Translations under genes and position numbers: made by a program
Origin: Candidatus Fervidifonticultor secundus
GTDB taxonomy: Bacteria; Sysuimicrobiota; Sysuimicrobiia; Sysuimicrobiales; Humicultoraceae
Reading direction: 5' to 3'
DNA length: 64,000 nucleotides
Assembly (NCBI GenBank): GCA_031459385.1
Contig: JAVKIP010000014.1
Location: 13,717-77,716, forward strand
In this document: in pieces, positions 35,757-45,557 of the stretch
How positions within the stretch are numbered: position 1 is the stretch's first letter
How the letters are laid out: every line of letters starts with the position of its first letter
The notes under the pieces: model-generated
The model's input: the letters and a program-made list of their open reading frames with translations, nothing else
Databases searched by the model: none
Told to the model about the DNA's origin: nothing

Positions 35757-38483
35757 CTAGCGCCGCCGGGCGCCCAGCGGCACGGCTGGCTCCGGGCGCG
35801 CGATCCGCACGCGCACATCCACGATGGTGGCGCCCCGCTCGTGCACGATGACGGGGTTGCAGTCGAGCTCCGCCACGGCAGGCAGGTCCTCCGCCAGCGC
35901 ACCGAGCCGGAGGAGCACATCCTCCAGCGCGGCGACATCCGCCGGCGGCTGTCCCCGGAACCCGGTGAGCAGCCGGTAGGTCTTGAGGCCCTCGAGCATC
36001 TCGCGGGTGTCCTCGCGGCTGAGCGGTGCCAGGCGGATGGCGACGTCGCCCATCAGTTCCACCAGCACGCCGCCCGCGCCGCAGGCGACCACCGGGCCGA
36101 ACTGCGGGTCGTGCACCACCCCGGCGATCATCTCGACGCCGGGGGCGGCCATCTTCTGGACGACGAACCCGGTGGGCGCCGCGCCGGCCGCCTGCAGCCG
36201 GGCCGTGATCTCGACCGCGGCGCGGGCCACCGCCTCCCGGCCCTCCAGGTTCAGGCGGACCGCGCCCACCTCGGTGCGGTGCACGACGCCTGGCACGATG
36301 GCCTTCAGGGCCACGGACCCGCCGAACTCCTCGGCCGCCAGCGCCGCGGCGTCTGCGGTGGGCACGATGCGCTGCTCGACCATGCGCAGGCCGTAGCATT
36401 CCAGCAGCGCCTGCACGTCACCGGGCTCCAGCCACCCCTCGCCGCGCGCCAGCGCCGCGTCCACGAGCGTGGCGGCGTCGTCGCGGCGCAGGCCCTCGAA
36501 GCGCACCGGCGCCGGCAACGGCCGGGCCCGCCACTGGCCGTAGCGGGCGACCCGCGCCAGGGCGATCGCGGCCGCCTCGGGGAACAGGTACGAGGGCACG
36601 CGCACGTCCGAGGCCCGGAGCACCTCGGGGGTGCCCCGGGAGGACATGAAGACCGACAGCACGGGCTTGGTCCCACCTAGCTCCCGGACGGCGTCGACGA
36701 TGGCTGCGGCCACCTCGTCGGCGCGGGTCACCAGCGGCGGGATGAAGATAACCACCAGCGCGTCGATGCCGGGATCCCGGCCCACCACGCGGATCGCCTG
36801 GCGGTAGTGTTCCGCTGTCGCCGAGGCGATCATGTCCACGGGGTTGCTCACCGCCGCCTCGCCGGGCAGGAAGGCGCGCAGCGCCCGCCGGGTCTCTTCC
36901 GACAGCACCGGCACCTCCAGCCCCTCGGCCTCGCACGTGTCGGCGCACAGGATGCCCGGACCGCCCGAGTTGGTGATGATGCCCACGCGGGGACCCGCCG
37001 GCACCGGCTGGTGCGCCAGCAGCGCGGCCACGTCGAACATCTCCTCGAGGGTGTCGGTGCGGATGACGCCCGCCTGTCGGAACAGGGCGTCCACGGTGAT
37101 GTCGGAGGCCGCCAGCAGCGCGCCGGTGTGCGACGAAGTGGCGCGGACCCCGGCACGGGTGCGGCCGCTCTTGACCGCCACGATCGGCTTGCGCCGCCCC
37201 ACGCGCCGCGCGATGCGCGAGAACTTCCGGGGGTTGCCGAACGACTCCAGGTAGAGCAGGATCACGTCGGTGCGCGGGTCCTGCTCCCAGTAGGCCAGCA
37301 GGTCGTTGCCGGAGATATCGGCCTTGTTGCCCACCGAGACGAACGTGGAGACGCCCAGTCCCAGCATCCGCGCGTAGTCCAGGATCGCCAGGCCCAGGGC
37401 GCCGCTCTGGGACATGAAGCCGATGCGGCCTTCCGGCGGTTCGACCGGCGCGAACGTGGCGTTGAGCCGCACCGTGGGGTCGGTGTTGATGATGCCCATG
37501 CAGTTGGGACCGATGAGGCGCATCCCGGCCGCGCGGCAGACGCGGAGCAGGTCGGCCTGGCGCGCGCGGCCCGCCTCGCCCACCTCGGCGAAGCCGGCCG
37601 AGATCACCACCAGCGCGCGCACGCCCTTGCGGGCGCAGGCCTGCGCGGTCTCGACCACGTGTTCGGCGGGCACCACGACGACCGCCAGGTCCACCGGACC
37701 CGGGATGGCTTCGACGGTGGGGTAGGCCACCACCGACTGCACCACGTCGGCGCGGGGGTTCACGGGGTAGACGGGGCCGGCGAACCCGTACGCCAGCAGG
37801 TTGTGGAACAACTCCCCGCCGATACTCCCCCGCTGCCGGGAAGCACCGACCACTGCGACCGCCCGAGGGGAGAAGAACGTTCGCAGCGCGCTGGCCGCGG
37901 CGATCATCTCGCGCTCGTCGAACCGGGCCAGCGCTTCCGGGGTGAGCGCCGTGGGGAACCGCTCGTGCACCTCGCCGGCCTGGACCTGCACTTCGGTGGG
38001 GAACCCCGCGTTGCGGAAGACTTCCAGCATCCTGAGGTTGGTGGGCAGGACCTCCGCCTCGAAGAGGCGGATGCCGCACTCGGCGGCGTGCTCGGCCAGG
38101 TGGCCGAGCATCAGCGTACCCAGGCCCCGCCCCTGGTAGTCGTCGGCGACCGCGAAGGCTACCTCCGCGCGGTCACCGTCCAGCGTGGCGTACATGGCGT
38201 GTCCGATGATGCGTTCGGGCGTGCCCACCGTGGCCACGATGCCGTAGCGCCGCCGGTAGTCCACGGCGACCATCTTGTTGACCAGCGGCCCCAGCGCCTC
38301 GTCGCTGGTCCGGGTGAAGAATCGCAGGGCCCGGGCCTGCTCGGAGAGCGCACGGAAGAAGGTCAGCAACGCCGCTTCGTCTGTGCGCCGGACCGGGCGG
38401 AGGTGTACGGTGGAGCCGTCGCGGAGGACGACATCGCCCTCACGGTGCCCGGGGTACTGGCCCTCGTCGACCTGCCGTGCCAT
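35757..38483 (-). CDS. GNAT plus NDP-forming acyl-CoA synthetase fusion (Pat-type lysine acetyltransferase)
   Basis: AEVAF...QGRGLG GNAT; VVGAS, GPNCMG, SQSG, LYLESFGNP, SSHTGAL, NPVD, ATP-grasp C-terminus. Confidence 0.92.
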   Translation of the reverse strand: MARQVDEGQYPGHREGDVVLRDGSTVHLRPVRRTDEAALLTFFRALSEQARALRFFTRTSDEALGPLVNKMVAVDYRRRYGIVATVGTPERIIGHAMYATLDGDRAEVAFAVADDYQGRGLGTLMLGHLAEHAAECGIRLFEAEVLPTNLRMLEVFRNAGFPTEVQVQAGEVHERFPTALTPEALARFDEREMIAAASALRTFFSPRAVAVVGASRQRGSIGGELFHNLLAYGFAGPVYPVNPRADVVQSVVAYPTVEAIPGPVDLAVVVVPAEHVVETAQACARKGVRALVVISAGFAEVGEAGRARQADLLRVCRAAGMRLIGPNCMGIINTDPTVRLNATFAPVEPPEGRIGFMSQSGALGLAILDYARMLGLGVSTFVSVGNKADISGNDLLAYWEQDPRTDVILLYLESFGNPRKFSRIARRVGRRKPIVAVKSGRTRAGVRATSSHTGALLAASDITVDALFRQAGVIRTDTLEEMFDVAALLAHQPVPAGPRVGIITNSGGPGILCADTCEAEGLEVPVLSEETRRALRAFLPGEAAVSNPVDMIASATAEHYRQAIRVVGRDPGIDALVVIFIPPLVTRADEVAAAIVDAVRELGGTKPVLSVFMSSRGTPEVLRASDVRVPSYLFPEAAAIALARVARYGQWRARPLPAPVRFEGLRRDDAATLVDAALARGEGWLEPGDVQALLECYGLRMVEQRIVPTADAAALAAEEFGGSVALKAIVPGVVHRTEVGAVRLNLEGREAVARAAVEITARLQAAGAAPTGFVVQKMAAPGVEMIAGVVHDPQFGPVVACGAGGVLVELMGDVAIRLAPLSREDTREMLEGLKTYRLLTGFRGQPPADVAALEDVLLRLGALAEDLPAVAELDCNPVIVHERGATIVDVRVRIARPEPAVPLGARRR

Positions 38484-38570
38484 GGAGCGCCTCCGGGACC
38501 TGCGCCGTCTGCGCCCTATTGTGCCCGATGTGCGCGTCCGACGCCATCCGCCCCGGGGTGGAGGAGACGG

Positions 38571-38616
38571 GTCCGGCGGTGGCCCGATGCCGGCCGCCTC
38601 ACCCGCGGGCTAGAAT
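38571..38616 (+). promoter_or_regulatory. Regulon box plus -10 of the aeRF1-like gene
   Basis: GTCCGG-cggtgg-CCCGAT 38571-38588, 22 nt, TAGAAT 38611-38616. Confidence 0.75.
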
Positions 38617-38673
38617 CAAGGTAGACCGGATTGAACGCATGGGACTCACGGTGGCGCACGGAGGAGGGGTGCC

Positions 38674-39780
38674 ATGGTGGTAGAGGCGGCGCAGGTGATG
38701 CGGCCCACGGACCTCGACGACCTGCTGGCCATGGATCGGGACGACGTCCTGTCCGTGGCGCTGAACACCGATCCCGCTCGGCCGGAGAATCAGGCCGCGC
38801 ATCCTGCCTACCAGATCTGGCTGACCAACGCCCTGCGCGACCTGCTGGCGGAGCTGCCGGCCCGCCGGCGCAGACAGGCCCGCCCGACGGTGGAGCGCGT
38901 GACGCACTACGTGGCGACATGGAAGCCCGCAGGCCGCGGGATAGCGCTCTTCGCCGCCCGGGGCCTGTGGCGCACGCTGACGCTCCAGGTTCCGCTGCCC
39001 CATCGCGTGCGGTACGGGCAGCCCGACGTGACCGCGGTCCTGGAGGCGCTCGACGAGCACCGGCCGTACGCGATCCTGGCGGTCGACCACCGGCGGGCCC
39101 GGCTGGCGCTGGGCTATCTCGGGAACGCGACCCTGCTGGCGGAGGAGAAGTTGGACCTGCACACCGAGTACTGGCGCCGGACCACCGGCCGGCGTCCCAC
39201 CGCCGCACGCCGGCTCGGCGAGGGCGCCGGGCGTGGCAACCAGCACGACGAGTTCGACGCGCGGCTGGAGGCGCACTACCGTGCCTTCTGGGAGCACGTC
39301 GCGCATGAGGCTGAGCGCGCCATGGCCGCGCGCGGCCTCGACCGCCTGGTGATCGGCGGGCCGGCGGAGGCTGCCAGCGCCGTGGCGCGCCTGCTGCCCC
39401 CGGATCGCCGGCGCACCGTGGTCGCCACCGTGCCGCTGCCGCTGTACCGCGGGCTGCCGGAGATGCTGCGCCGCACCCTGCAGGTGGCGGTGGAGGCCGA
39501 GCGGCGCCGGGACCGCGCGCTGGTGGCCGACGCGCTGGAGGCCGCGGGTAGCCAGCGCGCCGTGCTGGGGTGGCCCGCCGTGCACGAGGCACTGCGGGTA
39601 GGGCAGGTGCACGCGCTGGTGGTGGACCGCACCGTGCTGGCCCGCCACCCGGAGCTCCCCCGGAGCGCGCGCGCGGCCGGCGCGCGCCTGGAGCTGGTAG
39701 ACGCCGACGCTGCGGCGCCACTGCACGCCCACGGCGGGATCGCCGCCCTGCTCAGGCATCCGACGTCGCGGGGCGGGTGA
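38674..39780 (+). CDS. Bacterial aeRF1-superfamily (baeRF) protein, Balon/Rv2629-like candidate hibernation factor
   Basis: VLSVALNTDP, GIALFA, AILAVDHRRARL, LVIGGP, AVLG...EALRVGQVHALVV, HGGIAALLRH; no GGQ. Confidence 0.75.
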   Translation: MVVEAAQVMRPTDLDDLLAMDRDDVLSVALNTDPARPENQAAHPAYQIWLTNALRDLLAELPARRRRQARPTVERVTHYVATWKPAGRGIALFAARGLWRTLTLQVPLPHRVRYGQPDVTAVLEALDEHRPYAILAVDHRRARLALGYLGNATLLAEEKLDLHTEYWRRTTGRRPTAARRLGEGAGRGNQHDEFDARLEAHYRAFWEHVAHEAERAMAARGLDRLVIGGPAEAASAVARLLPPDRRRTVVATVPLPLYRGLPEMLRRTLQVAVEAERRRDRALVADALEAAGSQRAVLGWPAVHEALRVGQVHALVVDRTVLARHPELPRSARAAGARLELVDADAAAPLHAHGGIAALLRHPTSRGG

Positions 39781-41137
39781 GCGGCGGCCATTGCACCGCC
39801 CACGCGGCCAGCAGGTCGGCCAGCGCACGGGTGGTCGCGTCGTCCAGGTCGTAGGTAACGCGCACGGCGGGCTTGTCCAGCACGAGCACGCGCCGCAGGT
39901 CCACCGGCGTGCCGATCACGACGGCGTCGGCGGGCACCCGCCGCAGCGTCTCCTCCAGGTCGCGGCGCTGGGCGTCGCCGTACCCCAGGGCCGGCACGAC
40001 GCGCGCCAGGTGCGGGTAGGCAGCATATGCCGCCTGCAGGCTCCCCACCGCGTAGGGCCGGGGGTCCACCACCCGGGCGCCCAGACGCTCGGCCGCGATG
40101 AGACCCGCGCCGTAGGCCATCTCGCCGTGAGTTGTGGTCGGGCCGTCTTCCACCACCACGACGTTCCGTCCGGCCACCAGGTCGGGGCGGTCCACGGCGA
40201 TGGGTGAGGCGGCTTCCATCACCACCGCCCGCGGGTTGGCGGCCGCCACGGCACGCCGGAGTGTGGCCACGGCGCCCGGGGGGGCCGAGTCCACCTTATT
40301 GATGACCACCACGTCCGCCATGCGCAGATTGGTCTCGCCCGGGTGGTAGCGCAGCTCGTGGCCGGCGCGGTGGGGGTCGGCGACCACGATGTGACGGTCG
40401 GGCCAGAAAAAGGGGAAGTCGTTGTTGCCGCCGTCCCACACCAGGACGTCGGCTTCTGCCTGGGCGCGCTGCAGGACCTCGGCGTAGTCCACCCCGGCGT
40501 AGACCACGATGCCGCGGGCTATGTGCGGCTCGTACTCCTCGCGCTCCTCGACGGTGAGTCCCGCGGCGTCCAGGTCGTCGGGTGTGGCGAACCGCTGTAC
40601 GGCCTGTGCCGCCAGGTCCCCGTAGGCCATGGGGTGCCGCACCACGACCACGCGCCGGCCCTGCGCCTGCAGCAGGCGCGCCACCACCCGTGCGGTCTGG
40701 CTCTTGCCGCTGCCCGTGCGGACCGCGCCCACCGACACGACCGGCACGCGGGCTCGTAGCATGGTTTCCTTCGGGCCCAGCAGGCGGAACCCCGCACCGG
40801 CCGCCAGCGCCCGTGACGCCAGATGCATCACGTGCTCGTGGGAGACGTCGCTGTAGGCGAAGACCACCTGGTCCACCTGCGCGTCGCGCACGAGGTCGTC
40901 GAGGGCCTCTTCCGACACGATGGGGATGCCCTCGGGATACTCCTCCCCCGCCAGGACGGGTGGGTAGCGGCGGTCTGCGATGTTGGGGATCTGGGCTGCC
41001 GTGAACGCCACCACGCGGTAGCCGGGCCGCCCGCGGAAGTACACGTTGAAGTTGTGGAAGTCGCGCCCGCCCGCGCCCAGGATGACCACGCGGATCGGGA
41101 GCGACGACGTCTGCGCCACCTGCTCGCCGGACGGCAC
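39752..41137 (-). CDS. COG2403 P-loop protein (cDPGS-like; probably arginine synthetase ArcE type)
   Basis: RVVILGAGGRDFHNFN, AFTAAQIP, VRTGSGKSQ, RHPM, EEREEYE, WDGGNND, EDGPT; start approximate. Confidence 0.8.
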   Translation of the reverse strand: MPSGEQVAQTSSLPIRVVILGAGGRDFHNFNVYFRGRPGYRVVAFTAAQIPNIADRRYPPVLAGEEYPEGIPIVSEEALDDLVRDAQVDQVVFAYSDVSHEHVMHLASRALAAGAGFRLLGPKETMLRARVPVVSVGAVRTGSGKSQTARVVARLLQAQGRRVVVVRHPMAYGDLAAQAVQRFATPDDLDAAGLTVEEREEYEPHIARGIVVYAGVDYAEVLQRAQAEADVLVWDGGNNDFPFFWPDRHIVVADPHRAGHELRYHPGETNLRMADVVVINKVDSAPPGAVATLRRAVAAANPRAVVMEAASPIAVDRPDLVAGRNVVVVEDGPTTTHGEMAYGAGLIAAERLGARVVDPRPYAVGSLQAAYAAYPHLARVVPALGYGDAQRRDLEETLRRVPADAVVIGTPVDLRRVLVLDKPAVRVTYDLDDATTRALADLLAAWAVQWPPLTRPATSDA

Positions 41138-41312
41138 GCCCCTCACCCCCGTTGCCCGCAGAGTTCGGGGTGCCAGGGACGGCCTCCTGGAACGCTGCCG
41201 CGGCGGCCGATGTCGCCTGCGCCCGGCCGGCTCGTGGCTGCCATCCGGAGCAGGTGCTACCATGGCGGTACCGGCGTATTGCCCGCAGGGCGGGCACTCC
41301 AGGGGGAGGCAG

Positions 41313-42383
41313 ATGCTCACCGCTGCTGACGTGATGACGACGCGGCCGGTGGTCGTTGCCGTGTCGACGACCGTGGCCGAGGCCATCCGGCTCATGCACG
41401 AGCGGGGGATCTCCAGCGTGCTGGTCGCGCCCGCGGTTGGGGCCGCTGACCACGGCATCGTGACCATGCGGGACGTGGTCACGAAGATCGTCACGGAAGG
41501 GTTCGACCCGGATACCCTGACCGTCGGCGATATCATGACGTGGCGCCTGGTCACGGCCCGGCCCGCATGGCCGCTCCGCCGGATCGCGGAGGTCATGGCG
41601 CAGGCCCGGGTCCGCCGCCTGCCGGTGGTGGACGGGGGCGCATTGGTCGGCGTGGTGAGCGACACCGACCTGTTCACCGCACTGGTGCCGCGCCACGACT
41701 GGGAGCACGTGCGGCGGGTGCGCAAGGAACGGGCCCGCCACCGGACCCGCCGCTCCGACCCCGCCAGGACGGTAGGCGACATCATGTCGGCGCCGGTGCT
41801 CACCATCGACCGCGAGGCCACCGTGGCGGCCGCCGTGCGCAAGATGGTGGCGGCCGGCATCAGCAGCCTGCTGGTGACTGACGTGCCCGGCGGCGGCATT
41901 CTCACCAAGCGCGACGTCGTCCTCAAGGTGGTGGCCGCCGGCGGCGACCCGGAGCGGATCACCGTGGGTACCCTGATGTCCGCGCCGGTCCGCGCTGTGG
42001 AGGTCGAGACCACCATCGAGGAATGCTCGCGGCGGATGGGCGACCTGCGCGTGCGCCGTTTCCCCGTCACCCGGGCCGGGGAGACCGCGGGCATCGTCAG
42101 CGACTCCGACATCCTGGCAGCCGTCGCCGGCGCCCGGTGGATGGGCCGCCGGCGGGGGCCCACGGCCGCCATCGCCGCCGACGTGATGCGCCCGTCGGCG
42201 GCCGTCCCGCTCTCCGCTGGCGCGGAGGCGCTGAGCCCGGAGCTCTCGATCTGGGAGTGTGCGGCGCGGCTGGCCCGCGCCGGCGCCCGCGAACTGCCCG
42301 TGGTCCAGCAGGGACGGGTCATCGGTGTCGTCGGCGAAGCCGACATCGTCCGGGCTCTGGCGGAGCGTGGCGGACCTGACTGA
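41313..42383 (+). CDS. Multi-CBS protein (two CBS pairs plus one extra CBS)
   Basis: Repeated ISSVLV/GIVTMRDVV/RRLPVV/GVVSDTDL units. Confidence 0.9.
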   Translation: MLTAADVMTTRPVVVAVSTTVAEAIRLMHERGISSVLVAPAVGAADHGIVTMRDVVTKIVTEGFDPDTLTVGDIMTWRLVTARPAWPLRRIAEVMAQARVRRLPVVDGGALVGVVSDTDLFTALVPRHDWEHVRRVRKERARHRTRRSDPARTVGDIMSAPVLTIDREATVAAAVRKMVAAGISSLLVTDVPGGGILTKRDVVLKVVAAGGDPERITVGTLMSAPVRAVEVETTIEECSRRMGDLRVRRFPVTRAGETAGIVSDSDILAAVAGARWMGRRRGPTAAIAADVMRPSAAVPLSAGAEALSPELSIWECAARLARAGARELPVVQQGRVIGVVGEADIVRALAERGGPD

Positions 42384-42519
42384 CGGGGCAAGATCGTCGA
42401 CGCGCCCTACGCCTCTTGCCGGGAGATGATCCGCCGAAGCGGTCCCGGGGTCCGTTCAAGGGCCCACACCGGCGCGCGCGGCGGGCGGGCGTCCGTCGGC
42501 GTGCGTCCGCCGCCCGCAG

Positions 42520-45417
42520 CTACACGTCCCTGCCCACCTGGGTCGTCTCCCGCAGCGCCACCTGCGCGGCCGCCAGCCGCGCCACGGGCACGCGGAACGG
42601 GGAGCAGCTGACGTAGTTCAGCCCCAGCTCGTGGCAGAAGGCGATCGACGCCGGGTCGCCGCCGTGCTCGCCGCAGATGCCCACCTCGAGGTCGGGGCGG
42701 ACGGCGCGGCCTCGCTCCACGGCGATCCGCATCGCCTCGCCCACGCCGGCGCGGTCCAGCGTCTGGAACGGGTTCTCCGGCAGGATGCCGCGCTCGACGT
42801 AGCGCAGCAGGAACTTCCCCTCGGCGTCGTCGCGGGAGATGCCGAAGATCGTCTGGGTCAGGTCGTTGGTGCCAAAGGAGAAGAACTCCGCGATCTGGGC
42901 GATCTCGCCGGCCACCAGGCACGCCCGCGGGATCTCGATCATCGTGCCGAACTTGTACGGCACGGTGACGCCCTGCCGCTCCATCACCGCCCGGGCGGCC
43001 GCTTCCAGCTCGCGGTGCGTCTCACGCAGTTCGTTCACGTGGCTGGTCAGCGGGATCATGATCTCGGGCAGGGCCGTGATCCCTCGCTTGGTCGCCCGGC
43101 ACGCCGCCTCGATGATGGCCCGCACCTGCATGACGGTGATCGCCGGGTAGGTCAGTCCCAGCCGGATGCCCCGGAGGCCCAGCATGGGGTTGGCCTCGCG
43201 CATGGCGCGGACCAGGCGCAGCTCGGCTTCCTTCTCTGCCAGCCGCGCCCGCAGGGCCGCCAGCGACAGCTGGCCCTTCCGCGGCCGCCCGCGGCGGCGC
43301 AGGACCTGCAGCGTCTCGACGCGGGCCCGCAGGCCCGCCACCTCCTCCAGCAGCTCGTCGTGGGACGGCAGGAACTCGTGCAGCGGCGGGTCGATGAGCC
43401 TGATGATCACCGGCAGGCCATCCATGGCCTCGAACAGACCCTCGAAGTCGCGCCGCTGCAGCCGCTCCAGCTTCCGCAGTGCACCCTCGTAGGCGCGTAC
43501 CGCCGGCGAGGCGCGCACGGCCCGGCGTGCCTCGGCCAGCGCGGTCCGCGCCCGCGGGTCATCGGGCTGCTGGACCAGGGCCTGCTCGGCGGCTCGCACG
43601 CGGTCGTAGGCGGCCTGGGCCTCGGCCGCGTGGAGGATCATCTGGCGCACGATCGGCAGGCGATCGGTCTCGAAGAACATGTGCTCGGTCCGGGTCAGCC
43701 CGATGCCCTCGGCGCCGAACGCCCGGGCCCGACGGGCGTCGCGAGGGTAGTCGGCGTTGGCCCACACGCCCAGGCGCCGGAACCCGTCCGCCCACCCCAG
43801 CAGTATCATCAGCTCGCGCTGCTCCTCCAGGGTGGGCTCGGTCACCGCCACCTGCCCGGCGAACACCTCGCCCGTGGTGCCGTCGATGGACAGGTACTCA
43901 CCTTCCCGGACCGTGATGCCGTTCACCGACAGCCGCCGGCGCTCGGGATCCACGTCGATCGCCTCGCATCCGGCCACGCACGGCACGCCCAGGCCCCGCG
44001 CCACCACCGCCGCGTGGCTGGTGGCGCCGCCGCGGCTAGTGAGGATGCCCCGGGCCCGCAGCATGCCGTGCACGTCGTCGGGGTTGGTCTCCGGCCGCAC
44101 CAGGATCACCGGCTTGCCTGCCCGGCCCCACGCTTCGGCGAGGGCGGCGTCGAACGCGGCCAGCCCTACCGCGGCGCCGGGCGAGGCGTTGAGCCCGCGG
44201 GCCAGGAACCGGCCGTCCCGCTGCGCGGCCTCCTTGGCCTTGGGGTCGAACCGCGGGTGCAGCAGCTGGTCGATTTGCCCGGGCTCCACGCGCAGCACCG
44301 CCTCCTCCCGCGAGATGAGCCCTTCGTCGGCCATGTCCACGGCGATCTTCACCGCTGCCTGCGCCGTGCGCTTGCCGGTGCGTGTCTGCAGCATCCACAG
44401 CCGCCCGCGCTCGATGGTGAACTCCACGTCCTGCACGTCGCGGTAGTGCCGTTCCAGCAGCTGGCAGATCCGCAGGAACTCCTGGTAGACGTCGGGGAGG
44501 TCGTGGGCCAGCTCGCTGATGGGCTTGGGCGTGCGGATGCCGGCCACGACGTCCTCGCCCTGGGCGTTGACCAGGTACTCGCCGTAGACCTGTTTCTCGC
44601 CCGTGGCCGGATTGCGCGTGAACGCCACGCCGGTGGCCGAGTCCGGGCCCATGTTGCCGAAGACCATGGTCTGGACGTTGGCGGCGGTCCCCAGGTCGTG
44701 GGCGATGCCGTGGAAGGTCCGGTAGTCGACGGCGCGCTTGCCCCACCATGAGTCGAAGACGGCCTGGATCGCCATGCGCAGCTGCTCATGGGGGTCCTGC
44801 GGGAACTCCACGCCGCGCTCCTTCTTGATGAGCGCTCGGAAGGCGGCCACCAGCGCTTTGAGGTCGTCGGCGTCCAGGGCGGTGTCCTCAGTCACGCCCT
44901 TGCGCCGCTTCGCCTGTCGGATCAGGTGTTCGAACCGGTCGCCCGGGATGTCGAGGACGATCTTCCCGAACATCTGCACGAGCCGGCGGTAGGCGTCCCA
45001 GCCGAAGCGCGGATTGCCGGTGAGCCGGATCAGGCCTTCCAGCGTCCGATCGTTCAGCCCCAGGTTCAGCACGGTGTCCATCATCCCCGGCATGCTGAAC
45101 TTGGCGCCCGAGCGTACCGACAGGAGCAGCGGGTTGGCCGGGTCGCCGAAGCGCTTGCCGGTCTTGGTTTCCACAGCCCGCAGCCGCTCGCCGACCTCGT
45201 CCATCAGGCCGTCGGGGAACCGACGGCCGGCGCGCATGTACTCGACGCAGGCCCGGGTCGTGATGGTGAAGCCCGGCGGCACCGGCAGGCCGATGCGGCT
45301 CATCTCCGCCAGGCCGGCGCCCTTGCCGCCCAGCAGGTCTCGCATCGAGGCGTCGCCTTCTTCGAAGAGCAGGGTCCAGCGGAACTGCGTACGGGGTGCT
45401 TCTGCGGTAGTCGTCAT
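42520..45417 (-). CDS. ppdK: Pyruvate, phosphate dikinase
   Basis: LGGKGAGL, SVRSGA, GGATSHAAVVAR, EANPMLGLRG, GTNDLTQ, GICGEHGG. Confidence 0.97.
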   Translation of the reverse strand: MTTTAEAPRTQFRWTLLFEEGDASMRDLLGGKGAGLAEMSRIGLPVPPGFTITTRACVEYMRAGRRFPDGLMDEVGERLRAVETKTGKRFGDPANPLLLSVRSGAKFSMPGMMDTVLNLGLNDRTLEGLIRLTGNPRFGWDAYRRLVQMFGKIVLDIPGDRFEHLIRQAKRRKGVTEDTALDADDLKALVAAFRALIKKERGVEFPQDPHEQLRMAIQAVFDSWWGKRAVDYRTFHGIAHDLGTAANVQTMVFGNMGPDSATGVAFTRNPATGEKQVYGEYLVNAQGEDVVAGIRTPKPISELAHDLPDVYQEFLRICQLLERHYRDVQDVEFTIERGRLWMLQTRTGKRTAQAAVKIAVDMADEGLISREEAVLRVEPGQIDQLLHPRFDPKAKEAAQRDGRFLARGLNASPGAAVGLAAFDAALAEAWGRAGKPVILVRPETNPDDVHGMLRARGILTSRGGATSHAAVVARGLGVPCVAGCEAIDVDPERRRLSVNGITVREGEYLSIDGTTGEVFAGQVAVTEPTLEEQRELMILLGWADGFRRLGVWANADYPRDARRARAFGAEGIGLTRTEHMFFETDRLPIVRQMILHAAEAQAAYDRVRAAEQALVQQPDDPRARTALAEARRAVRASPAVRAYEGALRKLERLQRRDFEGLFEAMDGLPVIIRLIDPPLHEFLPSHDELLEEVAGLRARVETLQVLRRRGRPRKGQLSLAALRARLAEKEAELRLVRAMREANPMLGLRGIRLGLTYPAITVMQVRAIIEAACRATKRGITALPEIMIPLTSHVNELRETHRELEAAARAVMERQGVTVPYKFGTMIEIPRACLVAGEIAQIAEFFSFGTNDLTQTIFGISRDDAEGKFLLRYVERGILPENPFQTLDRAGVGEAMRIAVERGRAVRPDLEVGICGEHGGDPASIAFCHELGLNYVSCSPFRVPVARLAAAQVALRETTQVGRDV

Positions 45418-45455
45418 GCGTCTGCCTCCAGCCAGCCCGTGGCATACACGATGGC

Positions 45456-45461
45456 ATTATA
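45456..45461 (-). promoter_or_regulatory. Consensus -10 (TATAAT) upstream of ppdK
   Basis: attata on the + strand, 38 nt before the ATG; GGAGG RBS. Confidence 0.6.
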
Positions 45462-45557
45462 CGACACGGGGCGGCGGCCGCCGGACGACGGCCGCCACCC
45501 CGGAGAGCATCTGCGTCGCTGTCCGTCCCTGCGCCCGCCTCCCTGGGCGCGGACGCC

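Noticed and set aside
41140..41310. Regulon box between the ArcE-like and multi-CBS genes
   Set aside because: Only a GCCGAT half-site at 41206, not at the canonical distance from the TACCAT -10 at 41258
39752..42391. 879-aa ORF suggesting a large N-terminal fusion to the ArcE-like protein
   Set aside because: The extension is the antisense of the multi-CBS gene (41313-42383); homology starts near 41137
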